Of a stretch of 64,000 nucleotides of DNA, positions 62,418 through 64,000 are shown one piece after another (the stretch's first letter is position 1; every line of letters starts with the position of its first letter). Origin of the DNA: an uncultured Chloroflexia bacterium (GTDB lineage Bacteria; Chloroflexota; Limnocylindria; Limnocylindrales; CSP1-4); contig CAVVYR010000007.1 of the NCBI GenBank assembly GCA_963752475.1, positions 160,001 through 224,000 on the forward strand, given 5' to 3'. The notes under the pieces are model-generated. The model was given only the letters and a program-made list of their open reading frames with translations, did no database searches and was not told where the DNA came from. Both the position numbers and the translations under genes were made by a program.

Positions 62418-63446
62418 TTGAAGAAGCTTGTCCCCGGGCTCGTTATCGGAGCCCTCGTCCTCAGCTCGTCGGCTGTGGCAGCCCAGGGTGGCGACACCCT
62501 GAGCGCCGTGCAGGAGCGCGGCCAGGTCGTCTGCGGTGTCAACGGTGGCCTGCCCGGCATGTCCGTCCTCAACGAGGAGTCGGGTGTGTTCGAAGGCATG
62601 GACGCGGACTTCTGCCGCGCCATCGCCGCCGCGGTGCTAGGCGATCCCGCCGCCGTCCAGTACGCCCCGCTGACCGCCGACCAGCGTGCGACCGCCATCC
62701 AGGGCGGCGAGGTCGACGTCATCTTCCGCAACACCACGCACACGCTCAGCCGCGACACGGCGTGGGGTGACTTCGGTCCCACCATCCTGTACGACGGCCA
62801 GGGCCTCATGGTCCCGACCGAGCTCGGGATCTCCGACCCGTCCGAGCTCGATGGCGCCAGCATCTGTGTGACCTCTGGCACCACGACCGAGCTGAACCTT
62901 GCCGATCAGATGGCCTTCCTGGGCGTGGAGTACACCCCGGTCGTGGCCGCTGAGATCGACACGGTCTACGGCCAGTACGAGGAAGGCCGCTGCGACGCGG
63001 TGACCTCGGACAAGTCCCAGCTGCTGGGACGTCGTTCATCGTTCGCCGATCCCGAGGCGCACACCATCCTCGCCGCCACCATCTCCAAGGAGCCGCTGGG
63101 CCCCGTGACGGCGCATGGTGACGCCAACTGGTCGGATATCGTCCGCTGGGTCGTCTTCGCGACCATCCAGGCCGAGGAGCTCGGCATCGACTCGATGAAC
63201 GTCGACTCGTTCGCCGGTGGCGACAACCCCGTCGTGGCCCGCTTCCTCGGTGAGGATGGCGGCTACGGCACGGCGCTTGGCATCCCGGACGACTTCACCG
63301 TCGCCGTGATCAAGGCCGTCGGCAACTACGGTGAGATCTACGACCGCTCGTTCGGCCCGGACACGGCGCTGAACCTGGGCCGTGAGGGCACGCTCAACGC
63401 CCTCTGGACCGAGGGTGGCCTGATGTACTCGCCCCCGTTCCGCTAG
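62418..63446 (+). CDS. General L-amino-acid ABC transporter substrate-binding protein (AapJ/BztA-like)
   Basis: GMDADFCRA, RNTTHT.SRD, YDGQG, GTTTELN, GRCDA.TSD, ISKEPLGP, VGNYGEIY; TTG 62418 after GGAGG. Confidence 0.93.
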   Translation: MKKLVPGLVIGALVLSSSAVAAQGGDTLSAVQERGQVVCGVNGGLPGMSVLNEESGVFEGMDADFCRAIAAAVLGDPAAVQYAPLTADQRATAIQGGEVDVIFRNTTHTLSRDTAWGDFGPTILYDGQGLMVPTELGISDPSELDGASICVTSGTTTELNLADQMAFLGVEYTPVVAAEIDTVYGQYEEGRCDAVTSDKSQLLGRRSSFADPEAHTILAATISKEPLGPVTAHGDANWSDIVRWVVFATIQAEELGIDSMNVDSFAGGDNPVVARFLGEDGGYGTALGIPDDFTVAVIKAVGNYGEIYDRSFGPDTALNLGREGTLNALWTEGGLMYSPPFR

Positions 63447-63458
63447 TAGAGCGATAGC

Positions 63459-63499
63459 TCGACCCCGGGGGCGACCGGATGGGTTGCCTCCGGGGTCGA
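63459..63499 (+). terminator. 18-bp intercistronic hairpin after the binding-protein gene (terminator or mRNA stabiliser)
   Basis: TCGACCCCGGGGGCGACC-GGATG-GGTTGCCTCCGGGGTCGA. Confidence 0.6.
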
Positions 63500-63529
63500 T
63501 AATTGTCCCGATCCAGGCAGTAGGTATCG

Positions 63530-64000
63530 ATGGCTGACGAACCGAGCGGCGCGCCCGCGCCGACGGGCGCTTCAGGGGGAGGCACCGGTGCATCCATCCC
63601 GTTCTATCGGGATGTGCGCGTGCTCGCCGTCATCACGCAGATCGTCTTCCTGGCGATCGTGTTGCTGGTCATCGGCTGGCTGCTCAACAACCTCGTCACC
63701 AACTCCGAGACGCGAGGCATCACGACCTCGCTGAGCTGGCTCGACAGCCGCGCCGGCTTCACCCCGGCGGAGTCGGTCATCCCCTATACGGCCGACGATA
63801 CCTACGCGCGGGCCCTGGTCGTGGGCCTGCTCAACACGGTCATGGTCAGCGTCGTGGGCATCTTCCTGGCCACGATCATCGGCCTCATCGTCGGTATCGC
63901 GCGCCTGTCGAGCAACTGGCTCGTGAGCAAGGTCTCGCTGACCTACGTCGAGATCTTCCGCAACACGCCGGTGCTGGTCCAGCTGCTGGTCATCTATTTC
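63530..64000 (+). CDS. Amino-acid ABC transporter permease (AapQ/BztB-like), 3' truncated
   Basis: PFYRD...GLLNT...GIARLSSNWL...YVEIFRNTPVLVQL. Confidence 0.92.
   Translation, partial: MADEPSGAPAPTGASGGGTGASIPFYRDVRVLAVITQIVFLAIVLLVIGWLLNNLVTNSETRGITTSLSWLDSRAGFTPAESVIPYTADDTYARALVVGLLNTVMVSVVGIFLATIIGLIVGIARLSSNWLVSKVSLTYVEIFRNTPVLVQLLVIYF

Overview
High-GC bacterial chromosome segment. Gene order and protein style suggest Chloroflexota, possibly Limnocylindria-like (inference). Bases 1-16.4 kb hold the S10-spc-alpha ribosomal superoperon, from partial rplD to rplQ, then truA-rplM-rpsI. Next come a TPR gene, cdaA-cdaR-glmM-glmS, acpS-nnrD-alr, an uncharacterised three-gene module built around a GlmL/ASKHA-fold-like protein, and tsaE-tsaB-rimI-tsaD-rsmA-ispE-RidA. 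After a long rod-like RNA candidate come glmU, a CNNM/CBS protein, a polyprenyl synthase, recO, glyQS, a GT87 glycosyltransferase, NfnAB plus ferredoxin-NADP reductase, and ppdK. The last part has two tandem MarR+RND units without adaptor genes, envelope genes (LCP, CAP, GT-B-like, unknown membrane protein), an amidohydrolase and the start of an Aap/Bzt amino-acid ABC transporter. No tRNA, rRNA, CRISPR array, integrase or transposase was seen. Several one-base indels in short homopolymers (rpsQ, nnrD, rimI/tsaD, the GT-B-like gene) look like sequencing errors. The best candidates for new biology are the GlmL-like module, the Met-enriched RND paralog with its operator array and uORF, the 6S-like rod RNA, and the structured infA leader.
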